The notes beneath the pieces were generated by a model. That model worked only from the letters and a program-made list of their open reading frames with translations, ran no database searches and had not been told where the DNA came from. The position numbers and the translations under genes were made by a program. From positions 122,249,593-122,313,592 of the forward strand of contig NC_090378.1 of assembly GCF_036365525.1 (NCBI RefSeq): a DNA stretch of 64,000 bases, read 5' to 3'. Of this stretch, positions 1 to 16,449 are shown in pieces (position 1 is the stretch's first letter; the number at the start of each line of letters is the position of its first letter). The stretch is from Heterodontus francisci. Taxonomy: Eukaryota.

Positions 1-3000
1 AGTTATATATAATATAAAAGAATGGACACACAGTCCCACCTCCTATACTGACAGATCCCACAGTTATATATAATATATAATAATGGACAAACAGTCCCAC
101 CTCCTGTACTGACGCATCTCACAGTTATATATAATATACAATAATGGACACACAGTCCCACCTCCTGTACTGACACATCCCACAGTTATATTCAATATAT
201 AATAATGGACACACAGTCCCACCTCCTGTACTGACACATCCCACAGTTATATTCAATATACAATAATGGACACACAGTCCCACCTCCTGTACTGACACAT
301 CCCACAGTTATATACAATATATAATAATGGACACACAGTCCCACCTCCTGCACTGACACCTCCCACAGTTATATATAATATATAATAATGGACACACAGT
401 CCCACCTCCTGCACTGACACCTCCCACAGTTATATATAATATATAATAATGGACACACAGTCCAAGTTCCTGCACTGACACCTCCCACAGTTATATATAA
501 TATATAATAATGGACACACAGTCCCACCTCCTGTACTGACACGTCCCACAGTTATATATAATATATCATAATGGACACACATTCCCACTTCCTGTACTGA
601 CACATCCCACAGTTATATATAATAAATAATAATGGACACACAGTCCAACTTCCTGCACTGACACCTCCCACAGTTATATATAATATATAATAATGGACAC
701 ACAGTCCAACTTCCTGCACTGACACCTCCCACAGTTATATATAATATATAATAATGGACACACAGTCCCACCTCCTGCAATGACACCTCCCACAGTTATA
801 TATAATATATAATAATGGACACACAGTCCCACCTCCTGTACTGACACGTCCCACAGTTATATATAATATATCAAAATGGACACACATTCCCACTTCCTGT
901 ACTGACACGTCCCACAGTTATATATAATATATAACAATGGATATACATTCCCACTTCCTGTAGTGACACGTCCCACAGTTATATATAATATATAATAATG
1001 GACACACAGTCCCACCTCCTGCACTGACACATCCCACAGTTATATATAATATATAATAATGGACGCACAGTCCCACCTCCTGCACTGACACATCCCACTT
1101 GTTATATATAATATATAATAATGGACACACATTGCCACTTCCTGTCCTGACACGTCCCACAGTTATATATAATATATAATAATGGACACACAGTCCCACC
1201 TCCTGCACTGACACATCCCACAGATATATATAATATATAATAATGGACACACAGTCCCACCTCCTGCACTGACACATCCCACAGTTATATATAATATATA
1301 ATAATGGACACACATTCCCACTTCCTGTACTGACACATCCCACAGTAAAAAATAATATAAAATAATGGACACACAGTCCCACCTCTTGTACTGACACATC
1401 CCACAGTTATATCTAATATATAATAATGGACACACAGACCCACCTCCTGTACTGACACATCCTACAGTTATATATAATATATAATAATGGACACACAGTC
1501 CCACCACCTGCACTGACACATCCCACAGTTATATATAATATATAATAATGGACTCACGGTCCCACCACCTGCACTGACACATCCCACAGTTATATATAAT
1601 ATATAATAATGGACACACAGTCCCACCTCCTGGACAGACACGTCCCACAGTTATATATAATACATACTATTGGACACACAGTCCCACCTCCTGGACTGAC
1701 ACATCCCACAGTTATATATAATATATAATAATGGACACACAGCCCCACATCCTCTACTGACACAACCCACAGTTATATATAATATATAAGAATGGACACA
1801 CAGGCCCACCTCCCGCACTGACACATCCCACTGTTATATATAATACATAATATAGGACACAGTGTCCCACCTCCTGTACTGACACATCCCACAATTATAT
1901 ATAATATATAATAATGGACTCACGGTCCCACCCCCTGCACTGACACATCCCACAGTTATATATAATACATAATATAGGACACACTGTCCCACCTCCTGCA
2001 CTGACACATCCCACAGTTATATATAATATATAATAATGGACACACAGTCCCACCTCCTGCACTGACACATCCCACAGTTATATGTAATATAGATTAATGG
2101 ACACACAGTCCCACCTCCTCTACTGACACAACCCACAGTTATATATAATATATAATAATTGACACACAGTCCCACCTCCTGCACTGACACCTCCCACAGT
2201 TATATATAATATATAATAATGGACACACAGTCCAACTTCCTGCATTGACACCTCCCACAGTTATATATAATATATAATAATGGACACACAGTCCCACCTC
2301 CTGCACTGACACCTCCCACAGTTATATATAATATATAATAATGGACACACAGTCCAACTTCCTGTACTGACACGTCCCACAGTTATATATAATATATCAT
2401 AATGGACACACATTCCCACTTCCTGTACTGACACATCCCACAGTTATATATAATATATAATAATGGACACACAGTCCCACCTCCTGGACAGACACGTCCT
2501 ACAGTTATATATAATATATAGTAATGGACTCACGGTCCCACCACCTGCACTGACACATCCCACAGTTATATATAATATATAATAATGGACTCACGGTCCC
2601 ACCACCTGCACTGACACATCCCACAGTTATATATAATATATAATAATGGACACACAGTCCCACCTCCTGGACAGACACGTCCTACAGTTATATATAATAT
2701 ATAATAATGGACACACAGTCCCACCTCCTGTACTGACACATCCTACAGTTATATATAATATATAATAATGGACTCACGGTCCCACCACCTGCACTGACAC
2801 ATCCCACAGTTATATATAATATATAATAATGGACTCACGGTCCCACCACCTGCACTGACACATCCCACAGTTATATATAATATATAATAATGGACACACA
2901 GTCCCACCTCCTGGACAGACACGTCCTACAGTTATATATAATATATAATAATGGACACACAGTCCCACCTCCCGCACTGACACATCCCACAGTTATATAT

Positions 3001-6000
3001 AATATATAATAATGGACTCACGGTCCCACCACCTGCACTGACACAACCCACAGTTATATATAATATATAAGAATGGACACACAGGCCCACCTCCCGCACT
3101 GAGACATCCCACAGTTATACATAAGATATAATATTGGACACACAGTCCCACCTCCTGTACTGACACATCCCACAGTTATCCATAATGTATAATAATGGAC
3201 ACACAGTCCCACCTCCTGTACTGACACATCCCACAGTTATATATAATGTATAATAATGGACACACAGTCCCACCTCCTGTACTGACATGTCCCACAGTTA
3301 TATATAATATATAATAATGGACACACAGTCCCACCTCCTGTACTGACACATCCCACAGTTATATATAATATATAATAATGGACACACAGTCCCACCTCCT
3401 GCACTGACACATCCCACAGTTATATATAATACATAATATAGGACACACTGTCCCACCTCCTGTACTGACACATCCCACAGTTATATATAATATATAATAA
3501 TGGACTCACAGGCCCACATCCTCTACTGACACAACCCACAGTTATATATAATATATAAGAATGGACACACAGTCCCACCTCCCGCACTGACACATCCCAC
3601 AGTTATATATAATATATAATATTGGACACACAGTCCCACCTCCTGTACTGACACATCCCACAGTTATCCATAATGTATAATAATGGACACACAGTCCCAC
3701 CTCCTGTACTGACACATCCCACAGTTATATATAATACATAATATAGGACACACTGTCCCACCTCCTGTACTGACACATCCCACAGTTATATATAATATAT
3801 AATAATGGACTCACAGGCCCACATCCTCTACTGACACAACCCACAGTTATATATAATATATAAGAATGGACACACAGGCCCACCTCCCGCACTGACACAT
3901 CCCACAGTTATATATAATATATAATATTGGACACACAGTCCCACCTCCTGTACTGACACATCCCACAGTTATCCATAATGTATAATAATGGACACACAGT
4001 CCCACCTCCTGCACTGACACATCCCACAGTTATATATAATACATAATATAGGACACACTGTCCCACCTCCTGCACTGACACATCCCACAGTTATATATAA
4101 CACATAATATAGGACACACTGTCCCACCTCCTGTACTGATACATCCCACAGTTATATATAATATATAATAATGGACTCACGGTCCCACCTCCTGTACTGA
4201 CACATCCCACAGTTATATATAATATATAATAATGGACACACATTCCCACCTCCTGCACTGACACATCCCACAGTTATATGTAATATAGATTAATGGACAC
4301 ACAGTCCCACCTCCTCTACTGACACAACCCACAGTTATATATAATATATAATAATTGACACACGGTGCCACCTTCTGCACTGACACATCCCACAGATATA
4401 TATAATATATGATATTGGACACACAGTCCCACCTCCCGCACTGACACATCCCACAGTTATATATAATATATAATAATGGACACACAGTCCCACCTCCCGC
4501 ACTGACACATCCCACAATTATATATAATATATAATAATGGACGCACAGTCCCTCCTCCTCGACTGATACGTTCCACAGTTATATATAATATATAATAATG
4601 GACGCACAGTTCCACCTCCTCGTCTGACACGTTCCACAGTTATATATAATATATAATAATGGACACACAGTCCCACCTCCTGCACTGACATATCCCACAA
4701 TTATATATAATATATAATAATGGACGCACAGTCCCACCTCCTGCACTGACACGTTCCACAGTAAGATACAATGTATAATAATGGACGCACAGTCCCACCT
4801 CCCGCACTGACACGTTCCACAGTTATATATAATAAATAATAATGGACGCGCAGTCCCACCTCCTGCCTTGACACATCCCACAGTGATATATAATATATAA
4901 TAATTGACACACAGTCCCACCTCACGCACTGACACATCCCACAGTTATATATAATGTATAATAATGGACGCACAGTCCCACCTCCTGTACTGACACATCC
5001 CACAGTTATATATAATATATAATAATGGACGCACAGTCCCCGCTCCTGTACTGACACATCCCACAGTTATATATAATATATAATAATGGACACACAGTCC
5101 CACCTCCTGCACTGACACATCCCACAGTTATATATAATATATAATAATGGACGCACAGTCCCCGCTCCTGTACTGACACATCCCACAGCTATATATAATA
5201 TATAATAATGGACACACATTCCCACCTCCTGTACTGACACATCCCACAGTTACATATAATATATAATAATGGACGCACAGTCCCACCTCCTGTACTGACA
5301 CATCCCACAGTTATATATAATATATAATAATGGACACACAGTCCCACCTCCTGTACTGACACATCCCACAGCTATATATAATATATAATAATGGACACAC
5401 ATTCCCACCTCCTGTACTGACACATCCCACAGTTACATATAATATATAATAATGGACGCACAGTCCCCGCTCCTGTACTGACACATCCCACAGTTATATA
5501 TAATATATAATAATGGACACACAGTCCCACCTCCCGCACGGACACATCCCACAGTTATATATAATATATAATAATGGACACACAGTCCCACCTCCTGTAC
5601 TGACACATCCCACAGCTATATATAATATATAATAATGGACACACATTCCCACCTCCTGTACTGACACATCCCACAGTTACATATAATATATAATAATGGA
5701 CGCACAGTCCCACCTCCTGCACTGACACATCCCACAGTTATATATAATATATAATGATGGACGCACAGTCCCACCTCCTGTACTGACACATCCCACAGTT
5801 ATATATAATATATAATAATGGACACACAGTCCCACCTCCTGTACTGACACATCCCACAGTTATATATAATATATAATAATGGACTCACAGTCCCACCTCC
5901 TGTACTGACACGTCCCACAGTTATATATAATATATAATAATGGACACACAGTCCCACCTCCTGAACTGACACATCCCACAGTTATATATAATATATAATA

Positions 6001-9000
6001 ATGGAAACACAGTCCCGCCTCCCGCACTGACACATCCCACAGTTATATATATATATATAATAATGGACACACAGTCCCACCTCCTGAACTGACACATCCC
6101 ACAGTTATATATAATATATAATAATGGAAACACAGTCCCGCCTCCCGCACTGACACATCCCACAGTTATATATAATATATAATAATGGACACACAGTCCC
6201 ACCTCCTGAACTGACACATCCCACAGTTATATATAATATATAATAATGGAAACACAGTCCCGCCTCCCGCACTGACACATCCCACAGTTATATATATATA
6301 TATAATAATGGACACACAGTCCCACCTCCTGAACTGACACATCCCACAGTTATATATAATATATAATAATGGAAACACAGTCCCGCCTCCCGCACTGACA
6401 CATCCCACAGTTATATATATATATATAATAATGGACACGCAGTACCACATCCTGTACTGACACGTCACACAGTAATATATAATATATAATAATGGACGCA
6501 CAGTCCCACCTCCTGTACTGACACATCCCACAGTGATATATAGTATATAATAAGCGACACACTGTCCCACCTCCTGCACTGGCACATCCCACAGTTATAT
6601 ATAATATATAATAATGGACACACATTCCCACCTCCTGCACTGACACATCCCACAGTTATATATAATATATAATAATTGACATACCGTGCCACCTTCCGCA
6701 CTGACACATCCCTCCGATATATATAATATATAATAATTGACACACAGTCCCACCTCCCGTTCTGACACATCCCACATTTATATATAATATATAATAATGG
6801 ACACACAGTCCCACCTCCTGTACTGACACATCCCACAGTTATATATAATATATAGTAATGGACACGCAGTACCACATCCTGTACTGACACGTCACACAGT
6901 AATATATAATATATAATAATGGACGCACAGTCCCACCTCCTGTACTGACACATCCCACAGTTATATATAATATATAATAATGGACTCACGGTCCCACCTC
7001 CTGTACTGACACATCCCACAGTTATATATAATATATAATAATGGACACACATTCCCACCTCCTGCACTGACACATCCCACAGTTATATGTAATATAGATT
7101 AATGGACACACAGTCCCACCTCCTCTACTGACACAACCCACAGTTATATATAATATATAATAATTGACACACGGTGCCACCTTCCGCACTGACACATCCC
7201 ACAGATATATATAATATATGATATTGGACACACAGTCCCACCTCCCGCACTGACACATCCCACAGTTATATATAATATATAATAATGGACACACAGTCCC
7301 ACCTCCCGCACTGACACATCCCACAATTATATATAATATATAATAATGGACGCACAGTCCCTCCTCCTCGACTGATACGTTCCACAGTTATATATAATAT
7401 ATAATAATGGACGCACAGTTCCACCTCCTCGTCTGACACGTTCCACAGTTATATATAATATATAATAATGGACACACAGTCCCACCTCCTGCACTGACAC
7501 GTTCCACAGTAAGATACAATGTATAATAATGGACGCACAGTCCCACCTCCCGCACTGACACATCCCACAGTTATATATAATATATAATAATGGACGCACA
7601 GTCCCAACGTCTCGACTGACACGTTCCACAGTTATATATAATATATAATAATGGACGCACAGTCCCACCTCCTGCCTTGACACATCCCACAGTGATATAT
7701 AATATATAATAATTGACACACAGTCCCACCTCACGCACTGACACATCCCACAGTTATATATAATGTATAATAATGGACGCACAGTCCCACCTCCTGTACT
7801 GACACATCCCACAGTTATATATAATATATAATAATGGACGCACAGTCCCCGCTCCTGTACTGACACATCCCACAGTTATATATAATATATAATAATGGAC
7901 ACACAGTCCCACCTCCTGCACTGACACATCCCACAGTTATATATAATATATAATAATGGACGCACAGTCCCCGCTCCTGTACTGACACATCCCACAGCTA
8001 TATATAATATATAATAATGGACACACATTCCCACCTCCTGTACTGACACATCCCACAGTTACATATAATATATAATAATGGACGCACAGTCCCACCTCCT
8101 GTACTGACACATCCCACAGTTATATATAATATATAATAATGGACACACAGTCCCACCTCCTGTACTGACACATCCCACAGCTATATATAATATATAATAA
8201 TGGACACACATTCCCACCTCCTGTACTGACACATCCCACAGTTACATATAATATATAATAATGGACGCACAGTCCCCGCTCCTGTACTGACACATCCCAT
8301 AGTTATATATAATATATAATAATGGACACACAGTCCCACCTCACGCCCTGACAAATCCCACAGTTATATATAATATATAATAATGGACACACAGTCCCAC
8401 CTCCTGTACTGACACATCCCACAGCTATATATAATATATAATAATGGACACACATTCCCACCTCCTGTACTGACACATCCCACAGTTACATATAATATAT
8501 AATAATGGACGCACAGTCCCACCTCCTGTACTGACACATCCCACAGCTATATATAATATATAATAATGGACACACATTCCCACCTCCTGTACTGACACAT
8601 CCCACAGTTACATATAATATATAATAATGGACACACAGTCCCACCTCCTGTACTGACACATCCCACAGCTATATATAATATATAATAATGGACACACATT
8701 CCCACCTCCTGTACTGACACATCCCACAGTTACATATAATATATAATAATGGACGCACAGTCCCACCTCCTGCACTGACACATCCCACAGTTATATATAA
8801 TATATAATGATGGACACACAGTCCCACCTCCTGTACTGACACATCCCACAGTTATATATAATATATAATAATGGACACACAGTCCCACCTCCTGTACTGA
8901 CACATCCCACAGTTATATATAATATATAGTAATGGACACGCAGTACCACATCCTGTACTGACACGTCACACAGTAATATATAATATATAATAATGGACGC

Positions 9001-12000
9001 ACAGTCCCACCTCCTGTACTGACACATCCCACAGTGATATATAATATATAATAATGGACACACAGTCCCACCTCCTGCACTGGCACATCCCACAGTTATA
9101 TATAATATATAATAATGGACACACAGTCCCACCTCCTGCACTGACACATCCCACAGTTATATATAATATATAATAATTGACATACCGTGCCACCTTCCGC
9201 ACTGACACATCCCTCCGATATATATAATATATAATAATTGACACACAGTCCCACCTCCCGTTCTGACACATCCCACATTTATATATAATATATAATAATG
9301 GACACACAGTCCCACCTCCTGTACTGACACATCCCACAGTTATATATAATATATAGTAATGGACACGCAGTACCACATCCTGTACTGACACGTCACACAG
9401 TAATATATAATATATAATAATGGACGCACAGTCCCACCTCCTGCACTGACACATCCCACAGTTATATATAATATATAATAATGGACACACAGTCCCACCT
9501 CCTGCACTGACACATCCCACAGTTATATATAATATATAATAATGGACACACAGTCCCACCTCCTGCACTGACACATCCCACAGTGATATATAGTATATAA
9601 TAATCGACACACTGTCCCACCTCCTGCACTGGCACATCCCACAGTTATATATAATATATAATAATGGACACACAGTCCCACCTCCTGCACTGACACATCC
9701 CACAGTTATATATAATATATAATAATTGACATACCGTGCCACCTTCCGCACTGACACATCCCTCCGATATATATAATATATAATAATTGACACACAGTCC
9801 CACCTCCCGTTCTGACACATCCCACATTTATATATAATATATAATAATGGACACACAGTCCCACCTCCCGCACTGACACATCCCACAGTTATATATAATA
9901 TATAATAATGGACGCACAGTCCTTCCTCCTCGACTGATACGTTCCACAGTTATATATAATATATAATAATGGACACACAGTCCCACCTCCCGCACTGACA
10001 CGTTCCACAGTTATATATAATATATAATAATGGACGCACAGTCCCACCTCCTGCCCTGACACATCCCACAGTGATATATAATATATAATAATGGACGCAC
10101 AGTCCCACCTCCTGTCCTGACACATCCCACAGTTATATAGAATATATAATAATGGACGCACAGTCCCCCCTCCTGTCCTGACACATCCCACAGTTATATA
10201 GAATATATAATAATGGACGCACAGTCCCACCTCCTGCACTGACTCATCCCACAGTTATATATAATATATAATAATGGACACACAGTCCCACCTCACGCAC
10301 TGACACATCCCACAGTTATATAGAATATATAATAATGGACGCACAGTCCCACCTCCTGTACTGACTCATCCCACAGTTATATATAATATATAATAATGGA
10401 CACACAGTCCCACCTCCTGTACTGACACATCCCACAGTTATATAGAATATATAATAATGGACGCACAGTCCCACCTCCTGCACTGACACATCCCACAGTT
10501 ATATATAAAAGATAATAATGGACACACTGTCCCACCTCCTGTACTGAGACATCCCACAGTTATATATAATATATAAGAATGGACGCACAGTCCCACCTCC
10601 TGTACTGACACATCCCACAGTTATATATAATATATAATAATCGACACACTGTCCCACCTCCTGTACTGACACATCCCACAGTTATATTTAATATATAATA
10701 ATGGACGCACAGTCCTTCCTCCTCAACTGATACGTTCCACAGTTATATATAATATATAAGAATGGACGCACAGTCCCACCTCCTGTACTGACACATCCCA
10801 CAGTTATATATAATATATAATAATGGACACACAGTCCCACCTCCTGTACTGACACATCCCACAGTTATCTATAATGTATAATAATGGACACACAGTCCCA
10901 CCTCCTGCACTGACATATCCCACAGTTATATATAATATATAATAATGGACACACAGTCCCACCTCCCGCACTGACACATCCCACAGTTTTATATAATATA
11001 TAATAATGGACACACAGTCCCACCTCCCGCACTGACACATCCCACAGTTATCTATAATGTATAATAATGGACACACAGTCCCACCTCCTGCACTGACATA
11101 TCCCACAGTTATATATAATATATAATAATGGACGCACAGTCCCACCTCCTCGACTGACACATCCCACAGTTAAATATAATATATAATAATGGACACACAT
11201 TCCCACTTCCTATACTGACACATCCCACAGTTATATATAATATATAATAATGGATACACATTCCCACTTCCTAGACTGACACATCCCACATTAAAAAATA
11301 ATATATAATAATGGACACACAGTCCCACCTCCTGTCCTGACTCATCCCACAGTTATATATAATACATAATATTGGACACACAGTCACACCTCCTGTACTG
11401 ACACATCCCACAGTTATATATAATATATAATAATGGACACACAGTCCCAACTCCCGCACTGACGCATCCCACAGTTATATATAATATATAATAATGGACA
11501 CACAGTCCCACCTCCCGCACTGACACATCCCACAGTTATATATAACATATAATAATGGACTCACGGTCCCACCTCCTGTACAAACACATCCCACAGTTAT
11601 ATATAATATATAATAATGGACGCACAGTCCCACCACCTGTACTGACACATCCCACAGTTATATATAATATATAATAATGGACACACAGTCCCACCTCCCG
11701 CACTGACACATCCCACAGTTATATATAATATATAATAATGGACGCACAGTCCCACCTCCTGTACTGACACATCCCACAGTTATATATAATATTTAATGAT
11801 GGACGCACAGTCCCACCTCCTGTACTGACACATCCCACAGTTATATATAATAAATAATAATGGACACACAGTCCCACCTCCTGTACTGACACATCCCACA
11901 GTTATATATAATATATAATAATGGACACACAGTCCCACCTCCTGTACTAACACATCCCACAGTTATATATAATATATAATAATGGACGCACAGTCCCACC

Positions 12001-15000
12001 TCCTGTACTGACACATCCCACAGTTATATATAATATATAATAATGGACACACAGTCGCACCTCCTGGACTGACACATCCCACAGTTATATATAATATATA
12101 ATAATGGACACACAGTCCCACCTCCTGGACTGACACATCCCACAGTTATATATAATATATAATAATGGACACACAGTCCCACCTCCTGGACTGACACATC
12201 CCACAGTTATATATAACATATAATAATGGACACACAGTCCCACCTCCTGTACTGACACATCCCACAGTTATATATAATATATAATAATGGACACACAGTC
12301 ACACCTCCTGGACTGACACATCCCACAGTTATATATAACATATAATAATGGACACACAGTCCCACCTCCTGTACTGCACATCCCACAGTTATATATAATA
12401 TATAATAATGGAATCACAGTCCCACCTCCTGTCCTGACACATCCCACAGTTATATATAATATATAATAATGGACACACAGTCACACCTCCTGGACTGACA
12501 CATCCCACAGTTATATATAACATATAATAATGGACACACAGTCCCACCTCCTGTACTGACACATCCCACAGTTATATATAATATATAATAATGGACACAC
12601 AGTCACACCTCCTGTACTGACACATCCCACAGTTATATATAATATATAATAATGGACACACAGTCCCTCCTCCCGCACGGACACATCCCACAGTTATATA
12701 TAATATATAATAATGGACACACAGTCCCACCTCCTGTACTGACACACCCCACAGTTATATATAATATATAATAATGGACACACAGTCCCACCTGCTGTAC
12801 TGACACTTCCCACAGTTATATATAATATATAATAATGGACACACAGTCCCACCTCCTGTACTGACACATCCCACATTTATATATAATATATAATAATGGA
12901 CACACAGTCCCACCTCCTGCACTGACACCTCCCACAGTTATATATAATATATAATAATGGACACACAGTCCCACCTCCTGTACTGACACATCCCACAGTT
13001 ATATATAATATATAATAATGGACACACAGTCCCACCTCCTGTACTGACACATCCCACAGTTATATATAATATATAATAATGGACACACAGTCCCACCTCC
13101 AGTACTGACACATCCCACAGTTATATATAATATATAATAATGGACATAGTCCCACCTCCCGCACTGACACATCCCACATTTATATATAATATATAATAAT
13201 GGACACACAGTCCCACCTCCTGTACTGACACATCCTACAGTTATATATAATATATCATAATGAACACACAGTCCCACCTCCTGTACTGACACATCCCACA
13301 GTTATATATAATATATAATAATGGACATAGTCCCACCTCCCGCACTGACACATCCCACATTTATATATAATATATAATAATGGACACACAGTCCCACCTC
13401 CTGTACTGACACATCCCACAGTTATATATAATATATAATAATGGACACACAGTCCCACCTCCAGTACTGACACATCCCACAGTTATATATAATATATAAT
13501 AATGGACATAGTCCCACCTCCCGCACTGACACATCCCACATTTATATATAATATATAATAATGGACACACAGTCCCACCTCCTGTACTGACACATCCTAC
13601 AGTTATATATAATATATCATAATGAACACACAGTCCCACCTCCTGTACTGACACATCCCACAGTTATATATAATATATAATAATGGACATAGTCCCACCT
13701 CCCGCACTGACACATCCCACATTTATATATAATATATAATAATGGACACACAGTCCCACCTCCTGTACTGACACATCCCACAGTTATATATAATATATAA
13801 TAATGGACATAGTCCCACCTCCCGCACTGACACATCCCACATTTATATATAATATATAATAATGGACACACAGTCCCACCTCCTGTACTGACACATCCCA
13901 CAGTTATATATAATATATAATAATGGACACACAGTCCCACCTCCTGTACTGACACATCCCACATTTATATATAATATATAATAATGGACACACAGTCCCA
14001 CCTCCTGTACTGACACATCCCACAGTTATATATAATATATAATAATGGACACACAGTCCCACCTCCCGCACTGACACATCCCACAGTTATATATAATATA
14101 TAATAATGGACACACAGTCCCACCTCCTGCACTGACACATCCCACAGTTATATATAATATATAATAATGAACACACAGTCCCACCTCCTGTACTGACACA
14201 TCCCACAGTTATATATAATATATAATAATGGACACACAGTCCCACCTCCTGCACTGACACATCCCACAGTTATATATAATATATAATAATGAACACACAG
14301 TCCCACCTCCTGTACTGACACATCCCACAGTTATAAATAATATATAATAATGGACATAGTCCCACCTCCTGCACTGACACATCCCACAGTTATATATAAT
14401 ATATAATAATGAACACACAGTCCCACCTCCTGTACTGACGCATCCCACAGTTATAAATAATATATAATAATGGACATAGTCCCACCTCCTGTACTGACAC
14501 ATCCCACAGTTATATATAATATATAATAATGAACACACAGTCCCACCTCCTGTACTGACACATCCCACAGTTATAAATAATATATAATAATGGACACACA
14601 GTCCCACCTCCTGTACTGACACATCCCACAGTTATATATAATATATAATAATGAACACACAGTCCCACCTCCTGCACTGACACATCCCACAGTTATATAT
14701 AATATATAATAATGAACACACAGTCCCACCTCCTGTACTGACACATCCCACAGTTATAAATAATATATAATAATGGACACACAGTCCCACCTCCTGTACT
14801 GACACATCCCACAGTTATATATAATATATAATAATGAACACACAGTCCCACCTCCTGCACTGACACATCCCACAGTTATATATAATATATAATAATGAAC
14901 ACACAGTCCCACCTCCTGAACTGACACATCCCACAGTTATAAATAATATATAATAATGGACACACAGTCCCACCTCCTGGACTGACACATCCCACAGTTA

Positions 15001-15993
15001 TATATAATATATAATAATGGACTCACAGTCCCACCTCCTGAACTGACACATCCCACAGTTATAAATAATATATAATAATGGACACACAGTCCCACCTCCT
15101 GGACTGACACATCCCACAGTTATATATAATATATAATAATGGACTCACAGTCCCACCTCCTGAACTGACACATCCCACAGTTATAAATAATATATAATAA
15201 TGGACACACAGTCCCACCTCCTGGACTGACACATCCCACAGTTATATATAATATATAATAATGGACTCACAGTCCCACCTCCTGAACTGACACATCCCAC
15301 AGTTATAAATAATATATAATAATGGACACACAGTCCCACCTCCTGGACTGACACATCCCACAGTTATATATAATATATAATAATGGACTCACAGTCCCAC
15401 CTCCTGAACTGACACATCCCACAGTTATAAATAATATATAATAATGGACACACAGTCCCACCTCCTGGACTGACACATCCCACAGTTATATATAATATAT
15501 AATAATGGACTCACAGTCCCACCTCCTGAACTGACACATTCCACAGTTATAAATAATATATAATAATGGACACACAGTCCCACCTCCTGGACTGACACAT
15601 CCCACAGTTATATATAATATATAATAATGGACTCACAGTCCCACCTCCTGCACTGACACATCCCACAGTTATATATAATATATAATAATGGTCACACAGT
15701 CCCACCTCCTGAACTGACACATCCCACAGTTATAAATAATATATAATAATGGACACACAGTCCCACCTCCTGGACTGACACATCCCACAGTTATATATAA
15801 TATATAATAATGGACTCACAGTCCCACCTCCTGTACTGACACATCCCACAGTTATATATAATATATAATAATGGACACACAGTCCCACCTCCTGTACTGA
15901 CACATCCCACAGTTATATATAATATATAATAATGGACATAGTCCCACCTCCCGCACTGACACATCCACAGTTATATTTATTATATAATAAACA
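1..15993. repeat. 61-bp tandem satellite array (~260 units), consensus CACAGTTATATATAATATATAATAATGGACACACAGTCCCACCTCCTGTACTGACACATCC
   Basis: 61-bp periodicity is directly visible from base 1 to ~15990 and runs off the left edge of the window. The minus-strand ORFs here are permutations of one repeat translation. Confidence 0.98.
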
Positions 15994-16449
15994 GACGGTG
16001 TATTAAAACAGTTGCTTCAATCTCCTGTCTTATCTATCTGGGAAATATTTCCTGTTTTGTGCATTGCTGCCACATGTGTCGATGAGAGTGTTGACAGAAA
16101 CATTCCCCTGAACGGTGTGACAAATTGGGAAAGGATGGAGGAGTTTAGAGAGGACGAGGAGCTGCTGTCTTCATCAGTGAGAATCTCACAGCTCTGGAGA
16201 TTTGACATTTTGCTTCATTCGATTCTCTCTGGGTTCTGGTGGAGTCGCTTCATGAGCACAGACTAATTATTGATCATTATTATTGACCCCCCATCCCAGG
16301 TCAGACACCCCAGGTCAGTTACTATGGAAACAGGTTTATTCTCATCTGGTTGAACAATCTGGTTGACACAATTTTCACCAATCAAAATCCAATTTCGAAA
16401 AGTGTCTAAATGAATAAAACTGAAATCATAAATAGAAAGCAAACTGAAC

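Noticed and set aside
918-14622. Many Cys/Tyr-rich minus-strand ORFs
   Set aside because: Frame-cycling translations of the 61-bp satellite.
1-15993. CRISPR-like repeat/spacer appearance
   Set aside because: Both halves of each unit are repeated, so there are no unique spacers; eukaryotic context and no cas genes.
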